A DNA stretch of 64,000 nt from Octopus vulgaris. Its lineage: Eukaryota. The translations under genes and the position numbers were made by a program. Positions within the stretch are counted from its first letter, which is position 1. Each line of letters begins with the position of its first letter. The notes under the pieces are model-generated. The model saw nothing but the letters and a program-made list of their open reading frames with translations, made no database searches and was not told the DNA's origin. The stretch spans positions 23,498,001 to 23,562,000 of the forward strand of contig OX597818.1 of the NCBI GenBank assembly GCA_951406725.2, in the 5' to 3' direction. Shown in pieces: positions 1 to 13,034 of this stretch.

Positions 1-1233
1 AGTCTTCTGACGATGATGTGGGGAGAAGAGATTATTTTTCAACTACAACTAAATATTTTTTCATGGCTCAGCATGCAAGATACATTTGATCTTGTGGATG
101 TTGAGGTGCAGGGGTGGAGTGGAGGATAAAATAAATCTCTCATGTACTGCCAGATATGATGTAACCCAAATTAAAATAAGATCATTGGAGTAAAAGTAGA
201 TCATCGAATTAATAATATAGGCAAAATAGGTCACAGATGTTATAAGGTAAATGAAGTAGGTTGGTAATGCTGTGAAATCTGTTAACAAATGCCTTCACGT
301 TTTAAAATTCTCATGACAAAGGTAAAATTTCACCCACATTCATATTTGAAACTGTTCACAAAGTGTTGAAAAACCCATACAGAGGGCTGTGGTGGAAAAT
401 ATAGTTTAAACCTTAAAATGAACCGACACACTCATACATACACATATTTATATAAGTTGCATAGCTATGAATTTGTTAAATTAAAGAGTCATATTTCTTC
501 TCAGCACAGATGCTTCTCCATAGATTCTTATGCACCTTCAAATAGATTCTCTGGTATTGCTTTATAAGGAGAAGCTAACATGTAATATTCTAAGACTTGA
601 AATTTTGCAAGTTGTTCTACATTCATATATATACTGTTACTATGAAGTAAAAAAAAAAAAAAAGATTTAATAAAAAAATATTTGGTTCTGAGATGACTTA
701 CCACTGGAAACACTCAGCCTTCTAGAAATAGCAGCCATCAGATATATGTGTGTGTATGTGTGTGTGTGATGGACTCTCCTGTCAAAGACGACGTATGAAC
801 ATTACACACACACACACACACAAAGATTGCTTGGTCACTGGTAGAATGCCTTTGATTATAGGGGTCTATTTAATTAGGGCTGACCTGGGCTTAATGAAAA
901 TAGAACCTTGAATTGACTTTTTAGCTTTTACTTGAATGCTTGAAATTGGTTTACTATTAACATTTTTGATGGCATCAATAAATTTTGTGTCTTTTTTCAA
1001 GCTATTTTCATCTTATGGATTGATTCCTTTGAGATATAAATAAGATGTTAAACTGTTGTAACACCCAAATGAATATACACTCTAGTTCAGCTAGCTTTTT
1101 ATACTTATTATATGACTCATTACACTTTGCTCGTTATCTTCATAAGGAGAAAACCTAATGACATCAATGATATGCTCATATAGAAACTTGTTTTTTAAAG
1201 TTTGTTCTTTTTTTTATAGATCTGACTAAATTT

Positions 1234-2000
1234 GGTCAGATAGTCTGGCATTCCCGAATCATACAAGTAACAAGACACATCCCAGTTTCTGATTAGTGTT
1301 GTTGGTTGTATACTAAATCCAACCAATGGTAACTCATAATACTGCTAGGTGTCCTGGTACCAATGGAGTTCAGATGGCTCCTAGTGGCTCTGGGCAGTGT
1401 CCAAGCCTCATAACTACGGAGTAGGGCAGGGAGAACCAGAGACCTTAAGGCCCAAACCATTGTAATTCTGCAGAAATATTGGCAGTGCCAAATACCCTTT
1501 GTCGAATGTGTCTACAACTGCACTAGCTCACCAGCTTGTCCAAATCTTTTTAGGACTTCAGACTCACAGATAATACCACTATGGATCTCACTGCCAAGAT
1601 AAGTGAGGCTGTCAACAACTTTGGCATTCTCATACACAATGGAGACAAACAAGGTAGAGTCCTTCAAGAAGCCAACAAAGGACTGGATCTTTGTCTTGAC
1701 CCAAGAGACTCTAAAACCAAGGGATTCCACTTCCTCACTCAGTGAAAAGAGAACTCAGACTGTTAGGCCATGTTGCTGAATTTCATGAGTTAGACCCTGC
1801 TTACCATGTTCTCTTCACTAAGGATCCGGCTGGGTTGATGGCTCATGTTAGTTGACCACATGCCATATGGTCTTGGCAGATGAGGACATGGGGACTGACT
1901 GAGATTCTACTCAACAGGTCACCCAGGAGAACCCAGGAATATACTGAGATGATGAATGCAGCAATGTACTGCAACAGTACATGCCTCCCCCCCCTCACCT
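1234..2000. mobile_element. 5'-truncated RTE-clade LINE relic with inverted 5' segment (minus ~1234-1742, plus ~1745-2000)
   Basis: The minus strand gives ESLGFRVSWVKTK...VDSLTYLGS...EAWTL...ETGMCLVTCMIRECQ. The plus strand gives RELRLLGHVAEFHELDPAY and a cacctgactga tail. Candidate TSD ctgactRaattt at 1222-1233 and 1999-2010. Confidence 0.75.
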
Positions 2001-2140
2001 GACTGAATTTCTATTCAATGTTATTTTCATCTATCTTTTTTTCCATCATCATTATAGAGCTGATATTAAAAAATGTTAGTAAAATAATTTTTAAAAATTC
2101 TATATTACTACAGAATAAAATAAATCCATACTCAAATTTA

Positions 2141-2323
2141 TTGAGCTTTTCATTTATTTTAAACTAATCACATCCAGCCCAAATATACTATGTGTTTGAT
2201 GTTCTGGCCAGCAGATTACATCATCAAAATTTCAAAGATATGAGATTATGTGTTATTAATTAAAAACAATGTGAACGAAAAAGCATTACATTTGACAGAA
2301 TAATCTGACTGCTAAAGAGTTAA
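2141..2323. mobile_element. TTAA-ended short non-autonomous element (piggyBac-like MITE family); second copy at ~44474-44665
   Basis: The two copies share gcccaaatat...tcatc...aagcattacattt...aatctga; this copy ends in gctaaagagTTAA. Confidence 0.45.
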
Positions 2324-2994
2324 ACTACTTCCTAGTAAATGGCTTCTAGTATAAAAAGCAAACAAACTGTTGCTTACTTCTGATTGGGTCATCAAAAGAT
2401 TCCAGAAGCTCTGCATACAGGAGATTCAGCATATCTGAACAGTGGGTGCTGTAAAAGTTCCTGCTTTTGCTTATTCTTTTTAGCAAGATGTATGATTTAT
2501 ATGCACCACACTCATTTTTTCACTATTCTAGTGCCAGCTAAATCTGACATTGTTTCAATTGAGTACGAATGAATTTGCATTGCCAGTTGTCAAAATTCCA
2601 CAAATCTAAACTAGATTTTTAGTTCTGATTATAAATTCAACATTTCTGATGTCTCAATCAAATGCATACATTTTTTTTTATCTGTCAATTGTAAGGTTTA
2701 ATGACATTTCATTTATAGCTAGGTTGCTCTAGAGTTGGTTCAATGAAACGAGTAAGACAACTTTAGATGTATATTTGTAAGCAAATGAGTTTAAAGACAT
2801 ACGCACAGAAGGGTCTATTTATTCTTTTTATTTTGATAGTGAAAAGTTTCCCTTATTTTAATAGTAGCTATTTTCTTCAAATCACATTCAATATTTACAC
2901 GTGCAACTTTAAATACTAATCTATTTTATTATTTTAATCAAATACTGATGTAGCCTTGGTTTTTAAAACTTGTTTAATTTTTTATAATATTTCG

Positions 2995-3180
2995 TTGTTA
3001 TTATTTAGCCACTGGTTAGTCTGGTTCCAGCAGACCAATGATTAAAAGTATTTCAGTGATGACTATCCATTTTTCAGACATAGCATATCTAAGAATACAT
3101 TATCCAATGTGTCTTTTTTTATAAGATAGTAAGGCATGATTTGAGAGAGAGATTTGGTTACTATTTTTAGCAGGTCATAG
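2995..3180. repeat. Abundant dispersed SINE-like family (gatttgagRgagatttggctgctatttctagcaggtc); other copies ~700-905, 5195-5360, 17995-18215, 18467-18680, 37770-37960, 39600-39765, 50260-50460, 56505-56680
   Basis: The same ~200-bp sequence recurs in both orientations, with a (caa)n/(ttg)n end. Confidence 0.65.
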
Positions 3181-4070
3181 AACAGAGTAAAATTACTTTT
3201 TTGGGGTACCAAATCTGTAGCTTTAAAGTTTCAAATTTTCCATTTGTTTCTCAAGAGAACAATATTAATGAGCATGTAGGTTACAACTGCCATTTACCTT
3301 ATCACCTTTAAAACCGATTAGCTTCATGCCAACCAAGAGATGATAATAGGAAATCATACCAGTTTATGGCTTGTTCCATGTTTATTCCAAGCAACAGCAT
3401 TTCTGAGATAGATTTAGAATGTGATTTTAAAGTCAATAATGGATGGTTTATGGCCAATTAAATATTAATACATTATTTCTTTTACTCTCTTGAAAGCTGA
3501 CAATCCTTTGTTAATACTGTCAATCTATGTTGAAGGCCACATTAAATATTCTGCAATTACATCTAATTTGACTGATGAAGATAATACCAGTCTAGCCTTT
3601 TTGCTTTATTGATCCAAATGGCTAGCTGGCTTCCTAGAGTTAATAATACATGATAAATCTATAATTCACCAAATAAGCTTTAGAGTAGAAGCATTAACTG
3701 AGTAGATGGTGTCAGTCTTTCAGATCATCATTGCACCAGCTGCTTGGACAAGACACTTAACTCTTCTTCAGTTAAATGTATTACAGTTTTGTGAGCGAAT
3801 CAAATTATATATATATATATAATAAACCTGGCCCTAGCGGATGTGCCTTTGTTAATCATAAGCAGTAATTTTCGATATCTAAATAACCTACTCACTGGTG
3901 TGTATTGAAATTCTCTAAAATGTTATCCTAAGACCTTGCTTTACTTCTCTTCCGTGTCTTCCAACTTTTTTTCTTTCTCAGGTAGTATTTTACTGTTCAT
4001 TCTCTCAGCATATGAGAATTTGTCGAATTAATCTTTTTTTATTAAATTATACTTCTACCAACTTTATACA

Positions 4071-4480
4071 CATTATCGTCATCATCATTTAACGTCCATT
4101 TTCCATGTTGGCATAGGTTAGATGGTTTGACAGAAGCTGATCAGCTGAAGGGCTGTTCAGGTTCCGTGTCTGTTTTGGCATAGTTTCTACAGCTTGATGC
4201 CTTTCCTAATGTCAACTACTTTACAGACTGTACTGGATTCTTCTATGCTGTACTGGATGCTTCTATGCTGCACTGGTATGGGTGCTTTTTATGTGGCACC
4301 AGCATTTATGAGCCTGCAAGATGCTCAGCTGCAGAGGGTTGCAAGGGACAAGCTTGTATTCAAAGGCAACCACACTTTTACTTAGCTTGGCATGTCTTTT
4401 CAATCACAGCAAACTGCCAGGAATCTCAGTCTCCTGTCGTCCTCTCTGTGAGTCCCAACATTTATAGATCCTTTCTTACC
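4071..4480 (-). mobile_element. RTE-type 3'-end repeat with (GAT)n tail; other copies ~6273-6502(+), 7133-7440(-), 37243-37430(-), 40560-40720(+)
   Basis: Shared ccatccaacccatgccagcatggaaaacggacgttaaatgatgatgat end; some copies extend into RTE C-terminal coding-like sequence. Confidence 0.7.
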
Positions 4481-6718
4481 ACTTTGCCCAACTCAGAACA
4501 AATTCAAACAATCATAAACAATTGCAGTGAGCACAGGCATGGCTATGTGAAAAGAAGTTTGCTTCCCAACCATATGATTTAAATCCTCCTGGGTTGTATC
4601 TTGGGTGTCTTTTACGATAGCTTCAGATCAGCCAAAGCATTGTGAATGAGTTTGGTTGATAGAAACTGAAATAAGTCTGTCACATACACATGATGACAAC
4701 TCAATTGACTCAAATACTGGATAACTTTGATTGCAATGTGTAACTTATCACTACCTCATCATCATCATTATCTGCATTAAAACATTTCTTTACAACACAG
4801 GTAGTCAGCAGCATAGTTATTTTAAAAAGAGGTATTAATTCTATAATGACTGACCCATGACAACATATATTTTTAAGACTATCAAACTTTAAAATACAAA
4901 CCTTTCTTAGTGATATGTCCTTCTCCATATTCATTAATTATTTGTAAAACCGTAGCCTGCAATTTAATAGATCTTTTAATACACTGGCTTCTCACCTTTT
5001 TTTCTTTTAGTTTGACAAACACTTTCAATTTAGTATAACTTCTACTGATTTTACGTAAAAATTATGGCCTCATTCATTATTGTTAATTTAGATAAGATGA
5101 AATAAATAATCAAATATTGTTAATCTTTTGCCACCATCATTAAAAAATGAATTCATAACTGCAATTATAGAGCCAATAAGGTAACATCTAGGAGGTTGTT
5201 TACCCTCTAGAAATATCTCTCATATTCCACTGTACCAACATAAAAAAAAGGACACATTTAGTAATGTAGTCCTAATACTCTAAAAATATGGAATGGTCAC
5301 CACTAAAACGCCTTTGATCATAAGGTCTCTTTGATCAAGGTTGGACAACAACAACAAATCTCCAGTATACCACAAATGAGGTCACAATTATATTGTTGAT
5401 CTCAGCTTCACAGCCATTCTCTATAAGAGAATGAAAAAGAGATTATGCTCTTGTTGAACAAAACAGTCATTACTGCTTTCCTATTATTGACACTAATTTA
5501 AAAATCAGTTTCAGATTAAGATAGATATTTCTCAGGGCCATTTGGACACAGTCCTTATTTCTATGACTTGAATACTTGTATTGATTTCTTAACACTTGGA
5601 ACGTCTTTGTTATGATCGTCCTTGGTTACCTTATCTTCTAGCTACACAGATACAATAGGAAGTCTATTATCCATTAATCAATAGCATCCCCAATCGAATT
5701 CATAAAAGCTTTGCTGCTTTTAATACTAATGAGTTATCAGCTAAGCTTGCTATTGAGAGAGAGAGAGAGAGAGAGAGAATGTGTTTAAAATAAAGTGTGA
5801 AAGAGAATAAATGTATATCCTGGTGTTTTTATGAGAAACTGTTAGTCTACAATGCTAGTGTTTTCAGAGTTATTATTTATTGGTGATGCAATCTATTTTT
5901 GCTCTTCATTATATTGTCACCTTGTAAAAGGAATAAAGAATAACAATAACAAAACAAACAGTAGCTTTCACATGAAAACATAGAAAATCTATTAACTGAT
6001 TAGTAATAAAATTCTAATATTCTTGAAGAAAAAATTTTATTTTCTTTACTCCTGTCATCTGTTTGTTTTCATTTATTCTTACATTTATCTTATTATATAG
6101 ATATATGTCAAGAGAAGACACTAAAATGAGTATTTGAACACAAGTACAAAACATCGTTTGAAATAGATCTAATTCTTTTATGGTTGTATTAAAATTCAAT
6201 AGTTAAAAAAAAAAAATGGTTTGATTAATTTTGAATCAAATACCAAACATTTAAATTTTTTTGTTGCATTCAAGCTGGGCCATGTAAAAAGCACCTATGC
6301 TGATACCATGTAAAAAGCATCTATGCCAGTGCCACATAAAGAGCATTAAGCACACTCTGTGAAGTGGTTGGTGTTAGGAAGGGCTGTAGAAACCAAGCCA
6401 AATCAGACTGGAACCAGATCCAACTCTCCAGCTTGCCAGCTCTGATCAAGCCATCCAACCCATGCCACAATGGAAAACAGATGTTAAATGATGATGATGA
6501 TGAAACTAGTGCTGGGTAAATGTAATTTACCCCAAAAGGTTCTTATGACTGAAAGTTTTAAGTTAAATATAAACACTTTAGAACAGGTGGTTTTGTGAGC
6601 AAGATGTCAGAAACAATTTCAGGCAAGTTGCTATCAAAAGAGTTAAGAAAAGAATTTGCATATTTAAGCCTTACTCTCAGGTTTAAAACCATGATTCAGT
6701 ATTAAAATTAATGATAAA

Positions 6719-7797
6719 AAAAGGCATCAGAGGAACGATGCATGCCCTGTGTACAGATAAATTTTTTCGCAAATGATAGTGTGACTTACAATGCATTGTT
6801 TACACATGCTTTTTAATCGAACTAAATTAATTAAAAATTTTTGTTTTAAGTCTCACCATTATAGGTATTGATACTCCAGTAAAATTAAAAATTCAACTCG
6901 TAAATAAACAAAATACTCGAATCTATCAGTGTACACACACACACACAAATCTATGTATGTATGTACACATGTGTCTATGCATATAGGTACACCATGATCT
7001 ATACTGACATAGACGAGGATCAATTCATATGAAAAGAAAATGAACAAAATATGACCACTTATAGAGAAATTTGAAAGTTCACTTTTTAAAATTTTTCTTT
7101 AAATATCACCATTATAGATATTTGTACTTTAGTCATCATCATCATCGTTTAACATCCGTTGTCCATGCTGGCATGGGTTGGATGGTTTGACTGAGCTGGC
7201 ATGCTGGAAGGCTGCACCAGGATCCAATCTGATTTGGCATGGTTTTCTATGGTTGGATGCTCTTCCTAATGCCAACCACTCCTAGAGTGTAATGGGTTCT
7301 TTTATGTGCCACCAGCATGTGTGCCATTTGTGTGGCATCGGTATCTGCTATGACTGTGATTTTGCTAAGCTTGATGGGCCTTCTTCTCAAGCATGACATA
7401 ATGCCAAAGGTCATGGTCATTGCCTCTGTGAGGCACAAGAAATCAAGTTGTAAAGTATCCCCATTATAGGTATTTATACTCCAGTGAAATAAAGAAATCA
7501 AGTCATAAATAAATGAAACCTTCAAATCCATCACTATGCGCGCACAGTCACAACATATCTATGTACGTACGTACGTATGTTTGTACACACACGTGTCTAC
7601 ATGCATAGGCACACCATGATTGTTTCAAGTTTGATTTTTTTTAAAAAGATAATCAAACCAAATGTTCATCATTTGAAGCCACTCACCCAATGAGTATTTC
7701 TGCCAAATGTAAAAATCCATTCAGCCATTTTCCAGTAATTTTGCAAACACAAAAACAATTACAATACCCTGCTTTTGCTTATGCGCACAGGGTAATA
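6719..7797 (-). mobile_element. DINE-1/HINE-like non-autonomous Helentron with internal repeats and a nested RTE-tail repeat
   Basis: Minus-strand 5' end is ttattaccctgtgcgca + short IR cagggta. The 3' end is tgtacacaggg (subTIR) + gcatc...gatgc stem-loop + T run. Internal ccattataggtatt.atactccagt repeats at 6856 and 7461. Confidence 0.65.
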
Positions 7798-8769
7798 ATT
7801 TGTTTATCTACCATTTAGTCCAATGTGTTATACAGTCATTCTATTTCATTTATAATATATCTATTGAACATTGTCACTCAGTAAAGACATGTTTGTTGTC
7901 ACTCTTGCTTCTCTATTAAGCAACTCTGTACTTAGGCTAATTATCATTTTAATTATTTTCATTCTACTGGACTACAATATTGTTTTTTATTTCCTTTCCT
8001 TTTGTGACAAGAATTAGTTTATATCACTGTAAAGATTTTATCACCCTATTTTTTTGCTGTTTCAGAACTTATTAATGGTGAAACAATAATGCAGATTTAG
8101 TTCTTTATTTTCTTAAAAATTACATGAAGTGCAGTAGTTAAATCAGATTTGTCTGATATGGATGGGTTTCCAAATGGGTTGAGACACCACAAAGTGTCCT
8201 TCATTGGCTCTCCTGGATGGCTTGGCTTGTTTCTAAGCCAAAAGATCAATTTTTGCTGGAGAATAAAACAACAGATTAAATAGCATTGTAGAAGTTGTAG
8301 CATATTAAATTAACAGTCGTTCAATTCCAGAACTGAAAATCAAAGCTAATCCTAGCATGATCTAAAATTATTAATTAATTCATTTAATCTAGCAATCTAA
8401 TAATGTTTTGGCTTTTCTCCAACTTGCTTTATAAATAAAATAGCCAGTAACATTAGATGATATTCTTGCAGTAACTGATAAGGAAGACCTTTGAGTGTTG
8501 TGAACTGAATTCACTTTGAGTAATAATTTGGATTACAAATTATGAGTAAATTAAATATCCTTAAGTTGGATATTTGATTTTGATTCTTTGACTATTAACC
8601 TCATCTTTAGACATTAATTTTTTTAAAATATTTACATCCATACTAAGTTTCGATCAGTTTCATCTCTGATTGTTATCAAGTATTTCAGTGTGTACATGAT
8701 ATCAAACTAGAAATCTTAATTTCTATACTTAGGTTAATAACACACTCTTATTCATGTGACCATTTATAC

Positions 8770-9019
8770 CAGTAGTTCTTGTCTTTGGACCCCTTTGATT
8801 CCTATTTTACCCCAGTGGATCCCTAATATACATTCTATGTTTTAAAAAGTACCATTATATTTTTATGATTTAAATATTATTAGGAATTGTATAAAAGAAA
8901 ATTATTAAAATTATTTGTGTTATTATAGAAGTATAACCAATTTATTGCAGATAAATTTTAACAACAAAATCTTATATGGACCCTACAAGGGCCATATGGA
9001 CCCTGGTTGAGAAGCACTG
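8770..9019. mobile_element. hAT (Charlie-like) MITE, 250 bp
   Basis: TIRs cagtagttct / agaagcactg; exact 8-bp TSD atttatac at 8762-8769 and 9020-9027. Confidence 0.8.
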
Positions 9020-9234
9020 ATTTATACTAGTAGATATGAGCACTTTTATTTTTAGTTTAGAAATGAATTTTCTGGTTTTAATCCAGTCTAATACAATATG
9101 CACATTCTGGAATAAGATGCCTATTGATAACCAGTGTTCAAACCAAGCAAAACATAGCATAGATGTAAATATGTAAAGAATTTTATCTCTAAAGATAAGG
9201 TCTAAAAATATGAAATAATTATTTATTGTAATAA

Positions 9235-9446
9235 TCCTTTCTACTATAGGCATAATGCTTGAAAGTTTTGGTGAGGGGCTAGTTTATTACATTGACACCA
9301 GTGCTTGGTTGGTACTTAATTTATGGACCCTGAAAGGATGAAAGGCAAAGTTAACCTTGACACCATTTGAACTCAGGACATAAAGTCAACTGAAATGTTG
9401 CTGAGCATTTTCTTCAGCAAGTTAACAATTCTTCTAGCCTGCTACC

Positions 9447-9515
<69 letters not shown>

Positions 9516-9710
9516 TTCTATTAAAGGCACAAGACCTGAAATTTGGTGGGAGGGGACTAGTCGATTACATCAACCCCAGTGTTTCACTGGTACTTAATTT
9601 ATCGACTCCGAAAGAATGAAAGGGAAAGTGGACCTCGGTAGAATCTGAACTCAGAACGTAATGACATGTGAAATATTGCTAATGATTCTGCCAGCTCACC
9701 ACCTTAATAA
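9235..9710 (-). mobile_element. Two head-to-tail copies of a tRNA-SINE with the conserved core GGTCGACTTTGCCTTTCATCCTTTCGGGGTCGATAAATTAAGTACCAG, separated by (TAA)n at 9448-9515
   Basis: Both copies align to the 31880-32090 copy; box B gagttcaRat present. Confidence 0.75.
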
Positions 9711-9994
9711 TACAAACTCATTGCTTAAATAACCACTTAGATAATCAGCTGATATGTAAATATTAATGACTTGTAGGCTTATGGTATTTTGTTATGCAAC
9801 CATAATATACTACAAAGTATGTTAAATGTCTTCTTTTTTTTATAAGTCAATACCATGTACTACTGTGTTAGCAGTGCACTTGAATCATTTGTTAAGGTCA
9901 TCTCTACAGATTTCCTATAGAAATTATAGTCAGCACTGGTTTTGTTACATTTCGTATCCAAGGTGTCAGATGTAAACAAACAATGAGATCAAAG

Positions 9995-10660
9995 ATGAAA
10001 AAATGTGTAATGGGCGTATATGCCATATTTCAGAAGATTTTTGCTCCTTCATCAGTATCCATCTAACTTATTAATCATCCACAAACCCTTTGCATAAATA
10101 GCCACTACATATAGCAGTGTAACGTTATTGGATATACCAATTTACATATTAAACACATTCTTGGAAGCTGGTACATAAACATTAAGTGATTGTTTGTTGG
10201 ACACTTGCAGCAAGGCAGTGGTTGGACAACCTGATGAATGCAGAAACAGTAACTGGCTGGTAGAGGTTATGTTTCGGGGTGAGAAATGATTGAGGGTGTT
10301 TGTGGTTTCTGTATATTAGTCTGGAATACAAGGAGGTGAAACAAAAGTTGGTGTAAAGAGTTGAAAATAGTAAAGCATTTGGCTTTTGTAACTTCAGAAT
10401 GGAGATGTGGGATGAGTGTGAGAGCAATGAGGAGCTGTGAGTGTTGAAGCTTCTGTGAATGATGACTTTGTAGAGGGAAGTGAGATATTTATTTGTTCTT
10501 AGTGTAGGATGAGATATGATCAGAGTTGCTTGTGGTTTGAGGATTTTGGAGAGCAATAGGAGGAGGGAGACTTTTAGTGAGGGAAGCTGAAAGGTTTTAT
10601 TGCTGACTTTTTGGTGAGAGTCAGAGAGAGTGTGGAGTCTGTATGTGCACAAGCGCCACC
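9995..10660 (-). mobile_element. Degraded Penelope-like element 3' region with hammerhead-like core
   Basis: Cys-rich GIY-YIG-like residue pattern at ~10100-10230 followed by CTGATGAag...GAAA at ~10055-10028. Confidence 0.4.
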
Positions 10661-11919
10661 ATATGAAGTGAAATATACTTATTATAGTAGTTATTATACC
10701 ATAGCCTATGTTTTCATATCTAGTTCATGTATCTATAGAACATATTCACTCACACTTTCTGTTAGCAGTATGTGTGAATGGTGGTGGCGGCGGTGGTGAC
10801 AGACAAAGATACAAGAACAAAACAATGGAGCAACTGAAAGTTATTTTTGTGTTGAATAGATCTGTAAATTTGCAGACAGCAGTGGCTAAATATCAAGACA
10901 GTCATTACTGGTAGCTAATTTTAGATCATATATCCTTGTAACTACTGAATAGCATCAAATATTGGTTTAATGACCAATTTTCTTTCTTTCCTTCCTTCTC
11001 TCTTTCTGGTTTTATCTCTTCCCCCTCTCTGTTTCTGAAGCATTCAAGCATCTATGTGTGAATAAGTGTATATACACATTTGTGTGTGTGTGTGTGTGTA
11101 TACACAGACATATTTATATATAACTAGCTGCAAGATAATTGTTGGTAAGGAGATTCAATAGGAACAGCATGAACAACATGATGAGAAGAGTGAGAGTGGT
11201 AGGGAAGAGGCCTGGGAGATAGATGAATACTGGAAGTGAGAGTGTGATATGAAGGGTTGAGAATGCTCTGGGAGAGAGAGACAGTGATGGGAGAAATGGA
11301 TGTCAATAATAAGTGATAGGGGAGGAAGGAGAGATGGCTAGCAATAAAGAAGGGTTGATGATAAAGGGGGTAGAACTGAATATAGATAGATCCAATGCCA
11401 TATTATCTGTTTTTACACAAGTGGTATGATGGGAGAGAGATGGCGATATTTGGGAGGCACATTGATAGAAGCAGCCATGAGTGAAGAATGAGAGTTTAAT
11501 GAATTAAAGAGGTGAATGATGCATGGAGACTTAATGCAAACATACTGGTTGAGAAAGACCTAAATGCAAATCCTATACATCCCAATCTCCATTATCATTT
11601 TTACATTTGTTTATCTAGAGTTTGTCACAAGTCATGGTCGTTTGTTTTCTCTTCCAGAAATTTCATCCTTTTGAGATCAGTCTTCCCATTTGATGCCATC
11701 ACTTCTTTGGCCTCTTTCTCCCACAGGTTCCATCCTTCTGGAGCACTCAGTACTTCTTAACAAAACTAGCATCTTCTATACCACTTTCTTCATGGAAATA
11801 TCAATTTTTATCCATGATTTAAAAAAAAGAATGATTGACATTTATCTCACTATGTTTCTAAATTCTTATGCAAACAACATACAGTTCTTGGTGGTGAGAA
11901 CAAAACTTCTAAAATGGAT

Positions 11920-11987
11920 GCTTTAGTATAATGGTTAGAACATCTGTTATGTTTACAAGAGATGTGAGTTCATGTCCCACAGGAAGC
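11920..11987 (+). pseudogene. Decayed tRNA-like sequence / tRNA-SINE head
   Basis: A box tagtataatggt, B box gagttcatgtcc, terminal gctt...aagc pairing; anticodon arm not intact. Confidence 0.4.
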
Positions 11988-12622
11988 TTTCAACGTTTTT
12001 CCATCCAAGGGCTTTTTAACCCAATATTCTACATGCTATCATTTATAGCTGTATCTACCATTAAGAATAATTTACTTCATACATTACATAGTATGTATAC
12101 ATGAAAACATTTGAAGAGAAAACATTAAGAACTTAATAAAATATGCTAACGTCATAGTATGGTACACATTAAGGAATAAATATGATAGTATCATCATAGT
12201 ATGTGGCACACCACAAAAGATGGTAATTGGTATGTGATGGGAGGTGGTGCAAAAGAGTTACTTGGTGAAAGAGGGCCACTATCCTCTACAATGTAGATCA
12301 CCATCATCACCATGTGCTTCAAAGGTGAAGAACTTATCCAAAGTTGTTTACCATTTATGGCATATCATCTCTTTGTACAGCTTAATGTGAGACTAACTTT
12401 TATGTTTTATATCTACCATAGAACAACGTTCCGACTTTATTGAAATATAAACTATTTACAAAACTGTATTACAGTAGTAAAAATTATATCTAAACCCTTA
12501 TAATATACTCTATCAAGGAAACAAATATAACTTTAAAATCTATATTATCATAGATAAGTAAAAGAAATTGAACAGGACAGAAACAATGAACAGAGACATT
12601 AATGAAAGAATGAATATATATT

Positions 12623-12790
12623 CTTTTCTACTCTAGGCACAAGGCCCAAAATGTTTGGGGAGGGATCCAGTTGATTACATTGACCCCAGTAAGCAACTGG
12701 TACTTAATTTAGTAAGCCCGAAAGGATGAAAGGCAAAGTTGACCTCGGTGGAATTTGAACTCAGAACGTTTCTGCCAGCTTGCTGCTTTA
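12623..12790 (-). mobile_element. tRNA-SINE of the same family as 31880-32090 (other copies ~19000-19200, 37430-37490, 39925-40135)
   Basis: Core cgaaaggatgaaaggcaaagttgacctcgg; flanked by gaatatatatt on both sides. Confidence 0.75.
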
Positions 12791-13034
12791 GAAAGAATAT
12801 ATATTGAACACAACTGAACAACTTCCTTTGTCAGCTGCCTATTGCATGTCAATTTCACCAGCTTAAGGCAAAACCACTACTTTTGATAGTGTTACACAGC
12901 CTTAGAAAATGTTGTCCAATGCTGTTTCGGAATATGCAAATAGAATGCTTATACCCAGTCTAAAAATCACAAATGTATAAAACTTTTATAAATCAACATA
13001 CAGAATAAAGCTAAAACATATAAATAAATAATAA

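Noticed and set aside
1220-1266. Possible small upstream SORL1 exon (tttttatAG...LTKFGQIVWHSRIIQ|GTAACA, ends in phase 0)
   Set aside because: The sequence is the antisense of the RTE fragment (ETGMCLVTCMIRECQ) and has no propeptide similarity.
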